Positions 46,123-56,673 of a stretch of 64,000 bases of DNA are shown here, in pieces. This stretch comes from Comamonadaceae bacterium. GTDB taxonomy: Bacteria > Pseudomonadota > Gammaproteobacteria > Burkholderiales > Burkholderiaceae_C. A program made the position numbers and the translations under genes. Under the pieces are notes generated by a model. The model had not been told where the DNA came from, did not search any database, and worked only from the letters and a program-made list of their open reading frames with translations. The DNA lies in the NCBI GenBank assembly GCA_027484105.1, contig JAIXUG010000001.1:27599-91598 (forward strand), written 5' to 3'. How positions within the stretch are numbered: position 1 is the first letter of the stretch; each line of letters begins with the position of its first letter.

Positions 46123-47082
46123 ATGGATTGCATGCACGCACCCGCCTTGTCTTCACCCACTTGGGCCGCGATCACCACCGAGCCCGATGGCTTGGGCGAG
46201 TCGCCGTTTTGGCATCCGCAAGAGCAGCGCCTGTACTGGGTGGACATCCCCGGGCGGCGCATCGCGCGCGTGGCGGTGCAGGGTTTGCAGGCGCAAGGCC
46301 CGGTCGAGTACTGGCCTTTGACGCAAGAGCCGGGTTGCATCGCGCCGGTGCAGGGTGGCGGTTTGGTCATGGCCTTGCGCGATGGCATTTATTGGGCGCG
46401 CGAGTGGGGCGGCCCCTTGCAGTTGCTGGCGGCAGCGCCTTACGACACCGCCCAACTGCGTTTCAACGATGGTAAGTGCGATGCGCAAGGACGCTTTTGG
46501 GCAGGCAGTCTGTACGAACCCAAAGACCAGGCGCTGGGCGCGCTGTACATGCTGGACGGGCAAGGCCTGCACGCCATGATGGGCGGCGTGGTGACCGCCA
46601 ACGGCTTGGCTTGGTCACCCGATGGCGGCACGGCTTATTGGGCCGACACCGCCGCCCACCAAGTGCGGGCGTTTGACTTTGATGCCCCCAGCGGCCAACT
46701 CAGCAACGCCCGCGTGTTCTACCCAGCTGCGGCCAAACCCGCTGGCTGGGTTGGGGGCAGCGAGGCGCCCCAGACGCCCCCGTATGGCGGCCGCCCCGAC
46801 GGTGCCGCCGTGGACAGCGAGGGTTGCTATTGGTCTGCCCAATACGAAGGCGGGCGCCTGCTGCGCCTGTCGCCCACCGGCGAGGTGCTGGCCGCAGTGG
46901 CCACCCCGGCGCTTTGCCCCACCATGCCCTGCTTTGGCGGGCCCGACCTCAAAACCCTGTTCATCACCACTTCCCGCCAAGGCCGCAGCGCTCAAGAGCT
47001 GGCGCAATACCCAGGTGCAGGATGCGTCTTTGCGACGCGGGTGGAGGTGGCGGGTCTGCCGGTGAATGTTTATCGGACCTGA
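46123..47082 (+). CDS. SMP-30/gluconolactonase/LRE-family protein
   Basis: 'GESPFWHPQEQRLYWVDI', 'RFNDGKCDAQGRFWAG', 'ANGLAWSPDG'. Confidence 0.85.
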   Translation: MDCMHAPALSSPTWAAITTEPDGLGESPFWHPQEQRLYWVDIPGRRIARVAVQGLQAQGPVEYWPLTQEPGCIAPVQGGGLVMALRDGIYWAREWGGPLQLLAAAPYDTAQLRFNDGKCDAQGRFWAGSLYEPKDQALGALYMLDGQGLHAMMGGVVTANGLAWSPDGGTAYWADTAAHQVRAFDFDAPSGQLSNARVFYPAAAKPAGWVGGSEAPQTPPYGGRPDGAAVDSEGCYWSAQYEGGRLLRLSPTGEVLAAVATPALCPTMPCFGGPDLKTLFITTSRQGRSAQELAQYPGAGCVFATRVEVAGLPVNVYRT

Positions 47083-47159
47083 GTCGCTCAATTTCTCACA
47101 ACCCCACCGTTCAAAAAATTCACACTGTCCCCGAGGGTCGGGGGTTACCATCTTGGCCC

Positions 47160-48305
47160 ATGGAAGCTCAACTCAATTTCCTCATCGACGCCGTGCGCCA
47201 GGCCGCTGCGCAGGGCCGCACTTTGCGCTTGCGCGGTGGCGGCAGCAAAGATTTTTGGGGCCAAAGCCTCACGGGCGAGGTGCTCGACACCCGGGCCTAC
47301 CAGGGCATCGTCAGTTACGAGCCCAGTGAGTTGGTGGTCACGGCCCGTTGCGGCACGCCGCTGGCCGAGCTGGAAGCCACCTTGGCCGAAAAAGGCCAGT
47401 GCCTGGCGTTTGAGCCGCCGCACTTTGGTGAGGGGGCCACGGTGGGCGGCATGGTGGCCGCTGGCCTGAGTGGCCCCGCCCGCGCCACGGCTGGCGCTGT
47501 GCGCGACTATGTCTTGGGTGCGCGCTTCATCAACGGCTTGGGCGAGCACCTGACCTTTGGTGGGCAGGTCATGAAAAACGTGGCCGGTTACGACGTGAGC
47601 CGCCTGATGGCGGGCAGCTGGGGGACGCTGGGCCTGATCACCGAGGTCAGCCTCAAGGTGCTGCCCGTGGCACCGGCCGAGGCCACGCTGATGTGCGCGG
47701 GCCTGGCGCAAGCCGATGCGCTGGCCTTGCTGCACCGCTGGGGTGGTCAACCCTTGCCCCTGAATGCCAGCGCCTGGGTGCGTGACACCACCGCCCAACC
47801 GGTGGCCGATTACTTGTTTGTGCGCCTGCGGGGTGCGGTGGCGGCGGTGCAGTCGGCCATTGGCAAGATGAGCGCCGATGCCTTGGCCTTGGGGGCGCAA
47901 GTGCAGCAGATGGACGCGGACGAAGCGGCCCAAGACTGGCGCGCCAGCGGCGACCAGGCGATGCCGTTTTATGACGCACCTGCACCCGATGCCTGCTTGT
48001 GGCGTTTGTCGGTGCCGCAAACCGCCCCTGTGCTGGACTTGCCATTTGCCACGTACATCGAGTGGCAAGGCGCGCAGCGCTGGCTGTGGGCACCGGCTGC
48101 GGCAGCGTTCAGCATTCGGACTGCGGCGCAGGCAGCGGGCGGTCACGCCACCTTGTTCCGCGCCAGCGCTGCCCATGCAGACGCCGACAAGCTGGTGGGC
48201 GTGAACAGTCCCCTGGACCCCGTGCAGCAGCGCATTCAGCAGCAATTGCAACAACAGTTCGACCCGAAAGGCGTGTTCGCCACAGGTCGCTTGTACCCCC
48301 TCTGA
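47160..48305 (+). CDS. glcE: Glycolate oxidase FAD-binding subunit GlcE
   Basis: PCMH-type FAD domain ('LRLRGGGSKDFWG', 'KNVAGYDVSRL'). It lies directly upstream of glcF. Confidence 0.85.
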   Translation: MEAQLNFLIDAVRQAAAQGRTLRLRGGGSKDFWGQSLTGEVLDTRAYQGIVSYEPSELVVTARCGTPLAELEATLAEKGQCLAFEPPHFGEGATVGGMVAAGLSGPARATAGAVRDYVLGARFINGLGEHLTFGGQVMKNVAGYDVSRLMAGSWGTLGLITEVSLKVLPVAPAEATLMCAGLAQADALALLHRWGGQPLPLNASAWVRDTTAQPVADYLFVRLRGAVAAVQSAIGKMSADALALGAQVQQMDADEAAQDWRASGDQAMPFYDAPAPDACLWRLSVPQTAPVLDLPFATYIEWQGAQRWLWAPAAAAFSIRTAAQAAGGHATLFRASAAHADADKLVGVNSPLDPVQQRIQQQLQQQFDPKGVFATGRLYPL

Positions 48306-48316
48306 GGCGAACCGTC

Positions 48317-49558
48317 ATGCAAACCCACCTCGCCCCCGAATACCAAAACACCCCCGAAGGCCTGGAAGCCGAAGCCATCTTGCGCAAGTGCGTGCACTGC
48401 GGCTTTTGCACCGCCACCTGCCCCACCTACCAACTGCTGGGTGACGAGCTCGACGGCCCGCGGGGCCGCATTTATTTGATGAAGCAGGTGCTCGAAGGCG
48501 AAACGCCCACGCGCAAAACCCAGATGCACCTGGACCGGTGCCTGACCTGCCGCAACTGCGAAAGCACTTGCCCGAGCGGCGTGCAATACGGCCACCTGGT
48601 TGACATCGGCCGCAAACTGGTGGACGCCAAAGTCGAGCGCCCCGCAGGTGAAAAACTGGTGCGCTGGGCGCTCAAAGAAGGCTTGCCCTCGCCCCTGTTT
48701 GCGCCGGCCATGAAGATGGGCCAGATGGTGCGCGGCCTGCTGCCCGAAAGCCTCAAAGCCAAAGTCCCTGCACCGCAAGACGCCGGTGCCTGGCCCACCC
48801 GCACGCATGCGCGCAAGGTGCTGATGCTGGCCGGTTGCGTGCAGCCGAGCATGAGCCCCAACATCAACACCGCCACCGCCCGCGTGCTGGACGCTGCAGG
48901 CATTCAGGCGGTGACCGCCCCCAAAGCCGGTTGCTGCGGCGCGCTCAAGTTCCACCTGAATGACCAGGGCGGCGGCAAAGACCACATGCGCGCCAACATT
49001 GACGCCTGGTGGCCACTGGTGGAGAGCGGCGAGGTCGAAGCCATCGTCATGAACGCCTCGGGCTGCGGCGTCATGGTCAAGGACTACGGCCACGTGCTCA
49101 AAGATGACCCAGCCTATGCCGACAAAGCCGCCCGCATCGGTGCATTGACACGCGACCTGAGCGAGCTGCTGCCCGAGTTGGTGCCCTTGCTCAAGGACAA
49201 GCTCCAACCCGAGGCCCTGCAAGCCGCAGGCCTGCAGGCTTACCACCCACCTTGCACGCTGCAGCACGGCCAGCAACTCAAAGGTGGTGTCGAAAAGCAT
49301 TTGGGCGATCTGGGCTTTCAGATCAAGGTCACCGCCAACGAGTCGCACCTGTGCTGCGGCTCAGCGGGCACCTACAGCGTGCTCAACCCTGATCTGTCCA
49401 AACAGCTGCGCGACCGCAAGCTGGGCCACCTGAACGCGCTGGCACCGAAAGGCGTCATCAGCGCCAACATCGGCTGCATCACCCACCTGCAAAGCGGCAG
49501 CGGCCTGCCGGTGAGGCATTGGGTGGAGTTGGTGGATGAGACTTTAGGCCCAGCTTGA
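48317..49558 (+). CDS. glcF: Glycolate oxidase iron-sulfur subunit GlcF
   Basis: Two 4Fe-4S motifs, 'CVHCGFCTATCP' and 'CLTCRNCESTCP', plus two CCG domains. Confidence 0.9.
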   Translation: MQTHLAPEYQNTPEGLEAEAILRKCVHCGFCTATCPTYQLLGDELDGPRGRIYLMKQVLEGETPTRKTQMHLDRCLTCRNCESTCPSGVQYGHLVDIGRKLVDAKVERPAGEKLVRWALKEGLPSPLFAPAMKMGQMVRGLLPESLKAKVPAPQDAGAWPTRTHARKVLMLAGCVQPSMSPNINTATARVLDAAGIQAVTAPKAGCCGALKFHLNDQGGGKDHMRANIDAWWPLVESGEVEAIVMNASGCGVMVKDYGHVLKDDPAYADKAARIGALTRDLSELLPELVPLLKDKLQPEALQAAGLQAYHPPCTLQHGQQLKGGVEKHLGDLGFQIKVTANESHLCCGSAGTYSVLNPDLSKQLRDRKLGHLNALAPKGVISANIGCITHLQSGSGLPVRHWVELVDETLGPA

Positions 49559-49562
49559 AAAC

Positions 49563-50045
49563 TCACGCGGCGAGTGCCGCCTCAATGTCCTTGGCGATCT
49601 TCTGGGGTGCATCCTGCGGCGCGTAGCGCTTGATCACGCGCCCGTCACGCCCCACCAAAAACTTGGTGAAGTTCCACTTGATGGCCTTGCTGCCCAGAAT
49701 GCCGGGGGCTTCGGCCGTGAGCCATTGGTACAACGGGTGGGCGCCGTCGCCCTTGACCTGGATCTTGCTCATCATCTGAAAGCTCACGCCGTAGTTCTTT
49801 TGGCAGAAGTTGGCGATTTGAGCGTCGTCGCCGGGGTCCTGGCTGGCGAACTGGTTGCAAGGAAAGCCCAGCACCACCAGGCCTTTGTCGCCATAAGTTT
49901 GGTGCAGCTTTTCCAGGCCGGCGAACTGCGGCGTGAAGCCGCAGGCGCTGGCCGTGTTGACGATCAGCATCACCTGGCCTTTGTATTGGCTCAGGGCCAC
50001 GGGCTGGTTGTCGATGCTCTGGGCTGCAAAGTCATAAAGGCTCAT
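49563..50045 (-). CDS. Glutathione peroxidase (Cys type)
   Basis: 'NTASACGFT', 'FPCNQF', 'WNFTKFLV'. Confidence 0.9.
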   Translation of the reverse strand: MSLYDFAAQSIDNQPVALSQYKGQVMLIVNTASACGFTPQFAGLEKLHQTYGDKGLVVLGFPCNQFASQDPGDDAQIANFCQKNYGVSFQMMSKIQVKGDGAHPLYQWLTAEAPGILGSKAIKWNFTKFLVGRDGRVIKRYAPQDAPQKIAKDIEAALAA

Positions 50046-50953
50046 GGGGTGCTTTCAGGTGTGGGTTGAGGAGGGGTCCATCCTACCGACAAGGCCGCTG
50101 CCAGCAAGATGAGTGCGCCACCGATCAGGGTGCGGCCATCCCAGCTTGAGGCGCCCAAAACGATGGACGAGATGCTGGCAAACAGCACTTCGGACAGCAT
50201 GACCAAGGCGGTGGTGTGGGCGGCCAGCCGCGCAGCGCCGTACTGCAAGGCCAGGTTGCCCAGCAAAAAAGACACGCACAGCAAGGCCACCAGGGGCCAC
50301 CAGGCCCATGTGGGTGATTCGCCATGGCTCACCACGCCCGTGGCGATGCCGGCGATGGCAGCCAGCGTGGCCATGACCGCGCCACCCCCAAACATGGCCA
50401 GGGTGCGCGACGCGTTGGGTGTGTCCTTGAGTTTGAGCAGCAAGGCATTGGTGATGGCAAAGGTCAAACCCCCCATCAGGGCCAGCACGTCGGCCAGGCT
50501 TTCGGGAACGGGCCAGGGCGTTTCGGGGGTTTTGAGCACGATGAACAAGCCGGCCAGGGCCAGCACCAGACGCAACAGAGCCATCGCGGTGGGCTTTTCA
50601 CCCAGCAACCACCAAGCGACCAACACCGACCAGGCGGGCATCAAATAAAACAGCAGCACCACGCGCACCACGTCGCCCACCGTGACGGCCCAGTTGAAGC
50701 CCACATTGGTCAGGCCCGAAGCCAGCAGCAATAGCCACAAACCTGGATGCCCTCGCCAGCTTTGCAAACGTCCACTGCGCCACATCCACAGCGCCAGAGC
50801 GACAAAAACAAAGCCATAAACCAGTGCCGTGGCCCACAAAGGGTGCAAGCCCAAAGCCTCCAGCTGTTTGAATGGCCACCAGCACACGCCCCAGACAAAA
50901 GCGTTGAAAAGGAGCCCGGCGACCGCCAGGCTTTTGGGTGACGTATCGCCCAT
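50042..50953 (-). CDS. DMT/EamA-family transporter
   Basis: 10-TM-like pattern. The start was chosen at 'MGDTSPKSLAVAGLLFNAF'. The upstream ORF extension is not protein-like. Confidence 0.75.
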   Translation of the reverse strand: MGDTSPKSLAVAGLLFNAFVWGVCWWPFKQLEALGLHPLWATALVYGFVFVALALWMWRSGRLQSWRGHPGLWLLLLASGLTNVGFNWAVTVGDVVRVVLLFYLMPAWSVLVAWWLLGEKPTAMALLRLVLALAGLFIVLKTPETPWPVPESLADVLALMGGLTFAITNALLLKLKDTPNASRTLAMFGGGAVMATLAAIAGIATGVVSHGESPTWAWWPLVALLCVSFLLGNLALQYGAARLAAHTTALVMLSEVLFASISSIVLGASSWDGRTLIGGALILLAAALSVGWTPPQPTPESTP

Positions 50954-50964
50954 GAATGGGCGGC

Positions 50965-51597
50965 TCAGGAAACGTCGCCAGGGGCTTTGGCGGTTGCGGC
51001 CTGGCGCTTGCGCCACCAACGCCAGCCCAACCACACGATGCCAATGCCCAGCAGGGCAAAAATGCCATGCTGGAACTGACGCAGCACGCCAAACATCCAG
51101 TCCCAGTTCTGGGCGCCGAAATAGCCCAGATAGACCCAGATGGGGACGCTGATCAAGGCGGCAAAGCCGTCCATGAAGAACCAGGTGGAAAAGCTCACGC
51201 GTCGGCTCATGCCGGCTGAAAAGAAGACCGGCGTGCGCAAACCGGGCAAAAAGCGGGCCACGAACATGACCCATTTGCCATATTTATGAAAGGCTTCTTG
51301 GGCGCTGGCAAAACGCTCGGGTGTCAGGATTTTTCGAAAGCCGGGCAATCTGCAAATCCGCTCGCCATACAGACGGCCCAAGGTGAACATCAAGCCATCA
51401 CCGACCATCACACCCGCCATGCCCACCGCAAACATGGTGTGGACATCGGCATGCCCCAAGCCTGCAATCACCCCGCCCGTGACCAGGGTCACATCTTCCG
51501 GAATAGGGACACCAAAACCGCAGATGAGCAACATCACGAACACGGCCAGGTAACCGTACTCGGTAAAGATGGGCATTAAAAACTCAAAAACTTCCAT
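50965..51597 (-). CDS. DedA-family membrane protein
   Basis: 'YGYLAVFVMLLICGFGVPIPEDVTLVTGG' is the SNARE_assoc signature. Alternative starts are at 51606 (TTG) and 51576. Confidence 0.8.
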   Translation of the reverse strand: MEVFEFLMPIFTEYGYLAVFVMLLICGFGVPIPEDVTLVTGGVIAGLGHADVHTMFAVGMAGVMVGDGLMFTLGRLYGERICRLPGFRKILTPERFASAQEAFHKYGKWVMFVARFLPGLRTPVFFSAGMSRRVSFSTWFFMDGFAALISVPIWVYLGYFGAQNWDWMFGVLRQFQHGIFALLGIGIVWLGWRWWRKRQAATAKAPGDVS

Positions 51598-51813
51598 GGA
51601 TTTCAAAGTTTGACCGCTTGAAAAAACCCGTGGAGAAATGCACGGGCTCTGCAGGCTGCGCGCCAGTGTAAAGCATTTGTATGCCCCTTCCAGAGGCAGG
51701 TCAGGCGGGTATTCCAGAGCATGTCAACCCGCATGCGATCGTGTGCATCAAACCTTCGATCGCCCGGCTTTGCTGGCACACTTGTGTGTGTTCTTCAGAT
51801 TTCACGACAGTCC

Positions 51814-52911
51814 ATGCCCCGCCCGATTCAAGCCACCATCCACCCACAAGCCCTGCGCCACAATTTGGCCCGCGTTCGCCAGGCTGCGCCTGATGCACAG
51901 GTGTGGGCCGTGGTCAAGGCCAATGCCTATGGACATGGCATCGAGCGGGTGTTCGATGGTTTGCGCGGGGCCGATGGCTTTGCCTTGCTGGACTTGGGTG
52001 AGGCTGAACGCGTGAGGGCTTTGGGCTGGCGCGGACCGATCTTGCTGCTGGAAGGCGCTTTTGAGGCCCGCGATCTGGAGCTGTGCTCGCGCCTGAACCT
52101 CTGGCACACGGTGCACTGCGATGAACAAATTGAGATGTTGGCCTTGCACAAAACACACGAGCCCCATCGGGTGTTTCTCAAAATGAATTCGGGCATGAAC
52201 CGCTTGGGCTTTACCCCGCAGCGTTACCGCTCGGCCTGGACGCGACTCAATGCGCTGCCTCAGGTCGATGAAATCTCGCTCATGACCCATTTCAGCGATG
52301 CCGATGGACCCAAAGGCATCGCCGAGCAGATGGCCCGTTTTGAAGAGGCCACGCGGGACTTGCTCGGCGAGCGCAGTGTGAGCAACAGTGCCGCCACCTT
52401 GCGCCATGCGCAAGATGCCGCCGTGAGAGCCGACTGGATTCGGCCTGGCATCGCGGTGTATGGCAGTGCCCCCGACTTTCCCGAACACGGTGCCCAGCAT
52501 TGGGGTCTGCAGCCTGCCATGAGCCTGAACGCCAGCATCATCGCCGTGCAGCACCTGCAAGCCGGTGACAGCGTGGGTTATGGCTCCAGTTTTGTGGCCG
52601 ATCAGGCCATGCGCATCGGCGTGGTGGCCTGCGGCTATGCCGATGGTTACCCGCGCATTTGCCCGACTGGCACGCCTGTGCTGGTCAATGGTTTGCGCAG
52701 CCGTACCGTGGGCCGGGTCAGCATGGACATGCTGACGGTGGACTTGAGCCCCATGCCCGACGCGGGCGTGGGCAGCCAAGTCACGCTGTGGGGGCAAGCC
52801 GATGGGGGCGCAGTGCTGGACATTGACGAAGTGGCGCAAGCTGCGGGCACCGTGGGCTATGAACTGATGTGCGCCCTGGCGCCGCGCGTGCCGGTGGTGG
52901 TGCAGGCTTGA
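51814..52911 (+). CDS. alr: Alanine racemase
   Basis: PLP-lysine motif '[11 protein letters not shown]', and C-terminal '[12 protein letters not shown]' and 'YELMCAL'. Confidence 0.9.
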   Translation: MPRPIQATIHPQALRHNLARVRQAAPDAQVWAVVKANAYGHGIERVFDGLRGADGFALLDLGEAERVRALGWRGPILLLEGAFEARDLELCSRLNLWHTVHCDEQIEMLALHKTHEPHRVFLKMNSGMNRLGFTPQRYRSAWTRLNALPQVDEISLMTHFSDADGPKGIAEQMARFEEATRDLLGERSVSNSAATLRHAQDAAVRADWIRPGIAVYGSAPDFPEHGAQHWGLQPAMSLNASIIAVQHLQAGDSVGYGSSFVADQAMRIGVVACGYADGYPRICPTGTPVLVNGLRSRTVGRVSMDMLTVDLSPMPDAGVGSQVTLWGQADGGAVLDIDEVAQAAGTVGYELMCALAPRVPVVVQA

Positions 52912-53828
52912 CACGCCACCGACACGACCAACGTGCCTTGCTCGTGGCCCTGGTGCTGGTCGTCATCTGGGGGGGCAACTTCACCCTGCAAAAGTACCTG
53001 TTCGGGTTGATTACACCCGGCGGTTTTTTGTGGGCGCGCTACCTGATCATGCCCGTGTGTGCCTTGGTTTTGATGCGTTGGCGTTTTGGGGTCTGGCTGC
53101 CGCCTTTGCCCCGCAAGGATTGGTTGCAGATGGCGTGGCTGGGCTTCATTGGACACTCTTTGCATGTGGGCCTGGTCACCCACGGCATCCACTGGTCAAC
53201 GGCGTTTTCCAGTTCGGTCATCCTGGCCTGCGGCCCGATTTTTACCTTGCTGATTTTGCGCATCCAGGGTTTGGAGCGGCTGAGCTTGCCCCAGATGGCC
53301 GGGGTGTCTTTGGCCTTTTGCGGCGTCTTGATGTTTTTGTCCGACAAATTGCTGGGGGGCAATTGGCGGGCTGGTGGGGGTGATCTGGTCTTGCTGGTCG
53401 CAGCCAGTCTGTTTTCTTATTACACCGTGGCCGTCAAGCCCGTGATGCAGCAACACGGCCCGGTATTGACGATGGGTTACGCCACCTTGTTGGGCGGCCT
53501 GCCGGTGATGTTGTGGTCTGCCCCTGCAGGTTTGCAGGCTTCTTGGTCTTTGCTGGACTTTTGGGCTTGGGTGGGCTTGCTTTGGTCGGTCATGGTGTCG
53601 GCCTTTGCCGGGTGGCTGGCTTGGGGCTGGATCAACAATGTGCGTGGCGTGGCCCGCACCGCACCCTTGATGTATTTGATGCCCCCCGTGGCGGGGGTGT
53701 TTGCCTGGGCTTTGTCGGGTGAGCACTACACCTGGATCAAAGTCGCCGGTGCGGGCGTCACGCTGCTGGGTGTGGCGCTGGCGCAGTACGCTGGGCAACG
53801 CCGTTGGCAGTGGCGTATGAAGCGTTGA
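52908..53828 (+). CDS. DMT/EamA-family transporter
   Basis: '[13 protein letters not shown]' and a 10-TM-like pattern. The start is uncertain (a TTG at 52908 overlaps the alr stop). Confidence 0.7.
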   Translation: MTRHRHDQRALLVALVLVVIWGGNFTLQKYLFGLITPGGFLWARYLIMPVCALVLMRWRFGVWLPPLPRKDWLQMAWLGFIGHSLHVGLVTHGIHWSTAFSSSVILACGPIFTLLILRIQGLERLSLPQMAGVSLAFCGVLMFLSDKLLGGNWRAGGGDLVLLVAASLFSYYTVAVKPVMQQHGPVLTMGYATLLGGLPVMLWSAPAGLQASWSLLDFWAWVGLLWSVMVSAFAGWLAWGWINNVRGVARTAPLMYLMPPVAGVFAWALSGEHYTWIKVAGAGVTLLGVALAQYAGQRRWQWRMKR

Positions 53829-53880
53829 ACCCGTTCAACACCCACCGCCAAGGCGAGCCCCCACGCTGTGGCGACACCCT

Positions 53881-54642
53881 TCAGGCCTTGAACCACGTGT
53901 CATAGGTCGTTTTGCAAATCAAGGCCAGCACCACGAGGATGAACACTTGGCGCACAAAGCTGGAGCCGTGTTTGAGGGCCAGGCGGGTGCCAATCAGGCT
54001 GCCCACGATGTTGGCCACCGCCATGGCCAAGGCCAGATGCCACCACACATGGCCCTGGTAGGCGAACAACATGAGTGCCGAGAAATTGGTGGCCACGTTG
54101 ATGAGTTTGGCCGAAGCAGAGGCATTCAAAAAGTCATAGCCCAGCCAGCGAACATAGGCAAACACCAAAAAACTGCCCGTGCCGGGTCCAAAAAAACCGT
54201 CGTAAAAACCAATCGTCAGGCCGATACCGGAGGCAACCCAGGCTTCTTGTCGCCCATGAAAGACGGGGGCATGTTCGCGACCCAAATCTTTTTTGGCCAA
54301 GGTGTAAACCAGCAACACGGCCATGAACACCGGAAGCGCTTTGCGGAACAAGGCCGGGTCCACCTGGGTGACCACCCAGGCGCCGATCACCGAGCCCACC
54401 AAGCCCGCACCAGCTGCGGGCAGCAAGGAGCGCCAGGGCATGACCACCTTGCGGCTGTATTGCACAGCGGCAAAAGCGGTTCCCCAGATCGATGCGCTTT
54501 TGTTGGTGCCAAACAAAGTGGCGGGTGCGGCACCTGGAAAGGTGGCAAACAAGGCGGGGATCAATATCAGGCCGCCGCCGCCGACGATCGAGTCCACCAG
54601 CCCGGCCAGCAAGGAGGCCAGCGAAACAATCAATAAATCCAT
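53881..54642 (-). CDS. TauE/SafE-family sulfite/anion exporter
   Basis: 'MDLLIVSLASLLAGLVDSIVGGGGLILIPALF'. Confidence 0.8.
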   Translation of the reverse strand: MDLLIVSLASLLAGLVDSIVGGGGLILIPALFATFPGAAPATLFGTNKSASIWGTAFAAVQYSRKVVMPWRSLLPAAGAGLVGSVIGAWVVTQVDPALFRKALPVFMAVLLVYTLAKKDLGREHAPVFHGRQEAWVASGIGLTIGFYDGFFGPGTGSFLVFAYVRWLGYDFLNASASAKLINVATNFSALMLFAYQGHVWWHLALAMAVANIVGSLIGTRLALKHGSSFVRQVFILVVLALICKTTYDTWFKA

Positions 54643-54702
54643 GTCAAGGATTGTGTCACTGCGAGAGCAACTGAACTGTCGCCCTGTCGCAAGTGCACGG
54701 GT

Positions 54703-54730
54703 AAAAAAAAAGCGCCGCACAGGCGACGCC
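54703..54730 (-). terminator. Rho-independent terminator (minus strand) between the GMC oxidoreductase gene and the TauE gene
   Basis: The minus strand reads 'GGCGTCGCCTGTGCGGCGC' (an imperfect GC hairpin) followed by T9. Confidence 0.6.
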
Positions 54731-54869
54731 TTGAAAAGTACACCTCGTTCGGGTGTTGGGTGATGTTCGAATTCTTCGGGTTTCGAGATGTCTCCTCGGC
54801 CCTCAGGATGCACCTACTGCTGTGCATCGAGTGAATGCACTGTAAGGGATGATTCCCCAGCATTTCATC

Positions 54870-54897
54870 AGGGATTTCCCGACCCGGGGAAATCCCT
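54870..54897. repeat. Strong 11-bp-stem hairpin in the non-coding tract downstream of the GMC oxidoreductase gene
   Basis: 'AGGGATTTCCC-gacccg-GGGAAATCCCT'. There is no adjacent T-tract on either strand. Confidence 0.5.
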
Positions 54898-54957
54898 GCC
54901 TTTGACCCCACAAGGGGTGGCCATCGCAGGCGGGAAATGGGCCAGTGCGCGCGGTGT

Positions 54958-56613
54958 TCAGGCCGAGCGAGCCGCGTCGGCCAAGATCCATTCGGCGGCT
55001 TTTTCAGCAATCATCAGGGTGGGGCTGTTGGTGTTTCCGCTGGTGATGGTGGGCATGACGCCTGCATCGACCACGCGCAGACCTGCCACGCCACGCACTT
55101 GCAGCCGTGCATTGACCACCGCCATCGGGTCGTTCTCGCGCCCCATGCGGGTGGTGCCCACCGGGTGAAAGATGGTGCTGGCGATGTCCCCCGCCAGCTT
55201 GGCCAGCTCTTCGTCGGTTTGGTATTGCACACCGGGCTTGAACTCTTCGGGTGCAAAAGCCTTCATCGCGTCTTGCGCCATGATGCGGCGCGTCACGCGC
55301 AGGCTGTCGGCCGCTACCCTGCGGTCTTCGTCGGTGGACAGGTAGTTGGGCGCGATCGCGGGGGCGTCTTCAAAGCGGGGTGTCTTGATTTGCACCGTGC
55401 CGCGGCTGCTGGGGTTGAGGTTGCACACGCTGGCGGTGATGGCCGGAAAGCTGTGCAGCGGCTCGCCAAATGCGTCCAGGCTCAGCGGTTGCACGTGGTA
55501 CTGGATGTTGGGCCAGGCGAGCGCCGGATCGCTCTTGGTGAAGGCGCCCAGTTGGCTGGGGGCCATGCTCATGGGGCCCGTGCGTTTCAAGGCGTACTCC
55601 AGCCCGATCATGGCTTTGCCCCAGAGGCTGGACGCCAGGGTATTGAGCGTGGTGGCATTGCGCACTTTGTAGACCGAGCGGATTTGCAAATGGTCTTGCA
55701 AATTGGCCCCTACCCCCGGCAAGTCCAGTTTGACGGGCACGCCCTTGCTGTGCAGCAGCGCTGCCGGGCCAAGGCCCGACAGTTGCAAGATCTGCACCGA
55801 GCCGATGCTGCCCGCGCTCAGGATCACTTCGGCCCGAGCCTCCACCGATATGGCTTGGCCTTGTCGCACCAGATCGGCACCCACACAGCGCCAAGCACCA
55901 TCGGCCTGCGCGGCCAATTGCAGTTGTTGCACCTGCGTTTCGGTCCAGATGCTCAGGTTGGGGCGGTCTTGTGCGGGGCGCAAAAAGGCCTTGGAGGCGT
56001 TCCAGCGCCAGCCGTCTTTTTGGTTGACCTCGAAGTAGCCCACGCCCTCGTTGTTGCCGGTGTTGAAGTCAGGCGTCTTGGGGATGCCCGCTTGCTCGGC
56101 GGCTTGGGCAAAGGCGTCCAGCACATCCCAGCGCAGGCGCTGTTTTTCAATGCGCCATTCGCCGCCATGGCCGTGCAGCGCGGCAAATTCTGCAGGCGCT
56201 GGGGCGTCGAGTTTGTGGTGATTCTCATGGGCCTTGAAAGCAGGCAGGCAGTTGCGCCAAAGCCATTGTTCGTCGCCCGTGATCTGAGCCCACTGGTCGT
56301 AGTCGCGCGACTGGCCGCGCATGTAAATCATGCCGTTGATGCTAGAGCAGCCGCCCAACACCTTGCCACGCGGGTAGCGCAGGCTGCGGCCATTGAGTCC
56401 CTCGGCCGCTTCGGTCTGGTAGAGCCAATCGGTGCGCGGGTTGCCGATGCAGTACAAGTAACCGACCGGGATGTGCACCCAGTGGTAATTGTCTTTTTTG
56501 CCCGCTTCCACCAGCAAGACCCGCTTGCTGGGGTCGGCGCTCAGGCGATTGGCCAACAAGCACCCTGCCGTGCCCGCGCCGATGATGATGTAGTCGAAGC
56601 TGTGGTCGTTCAT
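54958..56613 (-). CDS. GMC-family (choline dehydrogenase-like) FAD oxidoreductase
   Basis: 'FDYIIIGAGTAGCLLANRLS', 'GGCSSINGMIYMRG', and C-terminal 'HPVGTTRMG'. Confidence 0.9.
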   Translation of the reverse strand: MNDHSFDYIIIGAGTAGCLLANRLSADPSKRVLLVEAGKKDNYHWVHIPVGYLYCIGNPRTDWLYQTEAAEGLNGRSLRYPRGKVLGGCSSINGMIYMRGQSRDYDQWAQITGDEQWLWRNCLPAFKAHENHHKLDAPAPAEFAALHGHGGEWRIEKQRLRWDVLDAFAQAAEQAGIPKTPDFNTGNNEGVGYFEVNQKDGWRWNASKAFLRPAQDRPNLSIWTETQVQQLQLAAQADGAWRCVGADLVRQGQAISVEARAEVILSAGSIGSVQILQLSGLGPAALLHSKGVPVKLDLPGVGANLQDHLQIRSVYKVRNATTLNTLASSLWGKAMIGLEYALKRTGPMSMAPSQLGAFTKSDPALAWPNIQYHVQPLSLDAFGEPLHSFPAITASVCNLNPSSRGTVQIKTPRFEDAPAIAPNYLSTDEDRRVAADSLRVTRRIMAQDAMKAFAPEEFKPGVQYQTDEELAKLAGDIASTIFHPVGTTRMGRENDPMAVVNARLQVRGVAGLRVVDAGVMPTITSGNTNSPTLMIAEKAAEWILADAARSA

Positions 56614-56673
56614 CGTTCTGCCCTTGTCTCCTCTGTTGGCGATTGTGCCCGCCAACCGGCTCTCAGAACCCCA

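Noticed and set aside
47129-47146. The hairpin CCCCGA-ggg-TCGGGG downstream of the SMP-30 gene as a terminator.
   Set aside because: The stem is short and followed by only 'GTT'. It is plausible but not supportable as a feature.
49563-50045. A possible selenoprotein glutathione peroxidase.
   Set aside because: The active site is 'ASACGFT', with Cys encoded normally and no in-frame stop.
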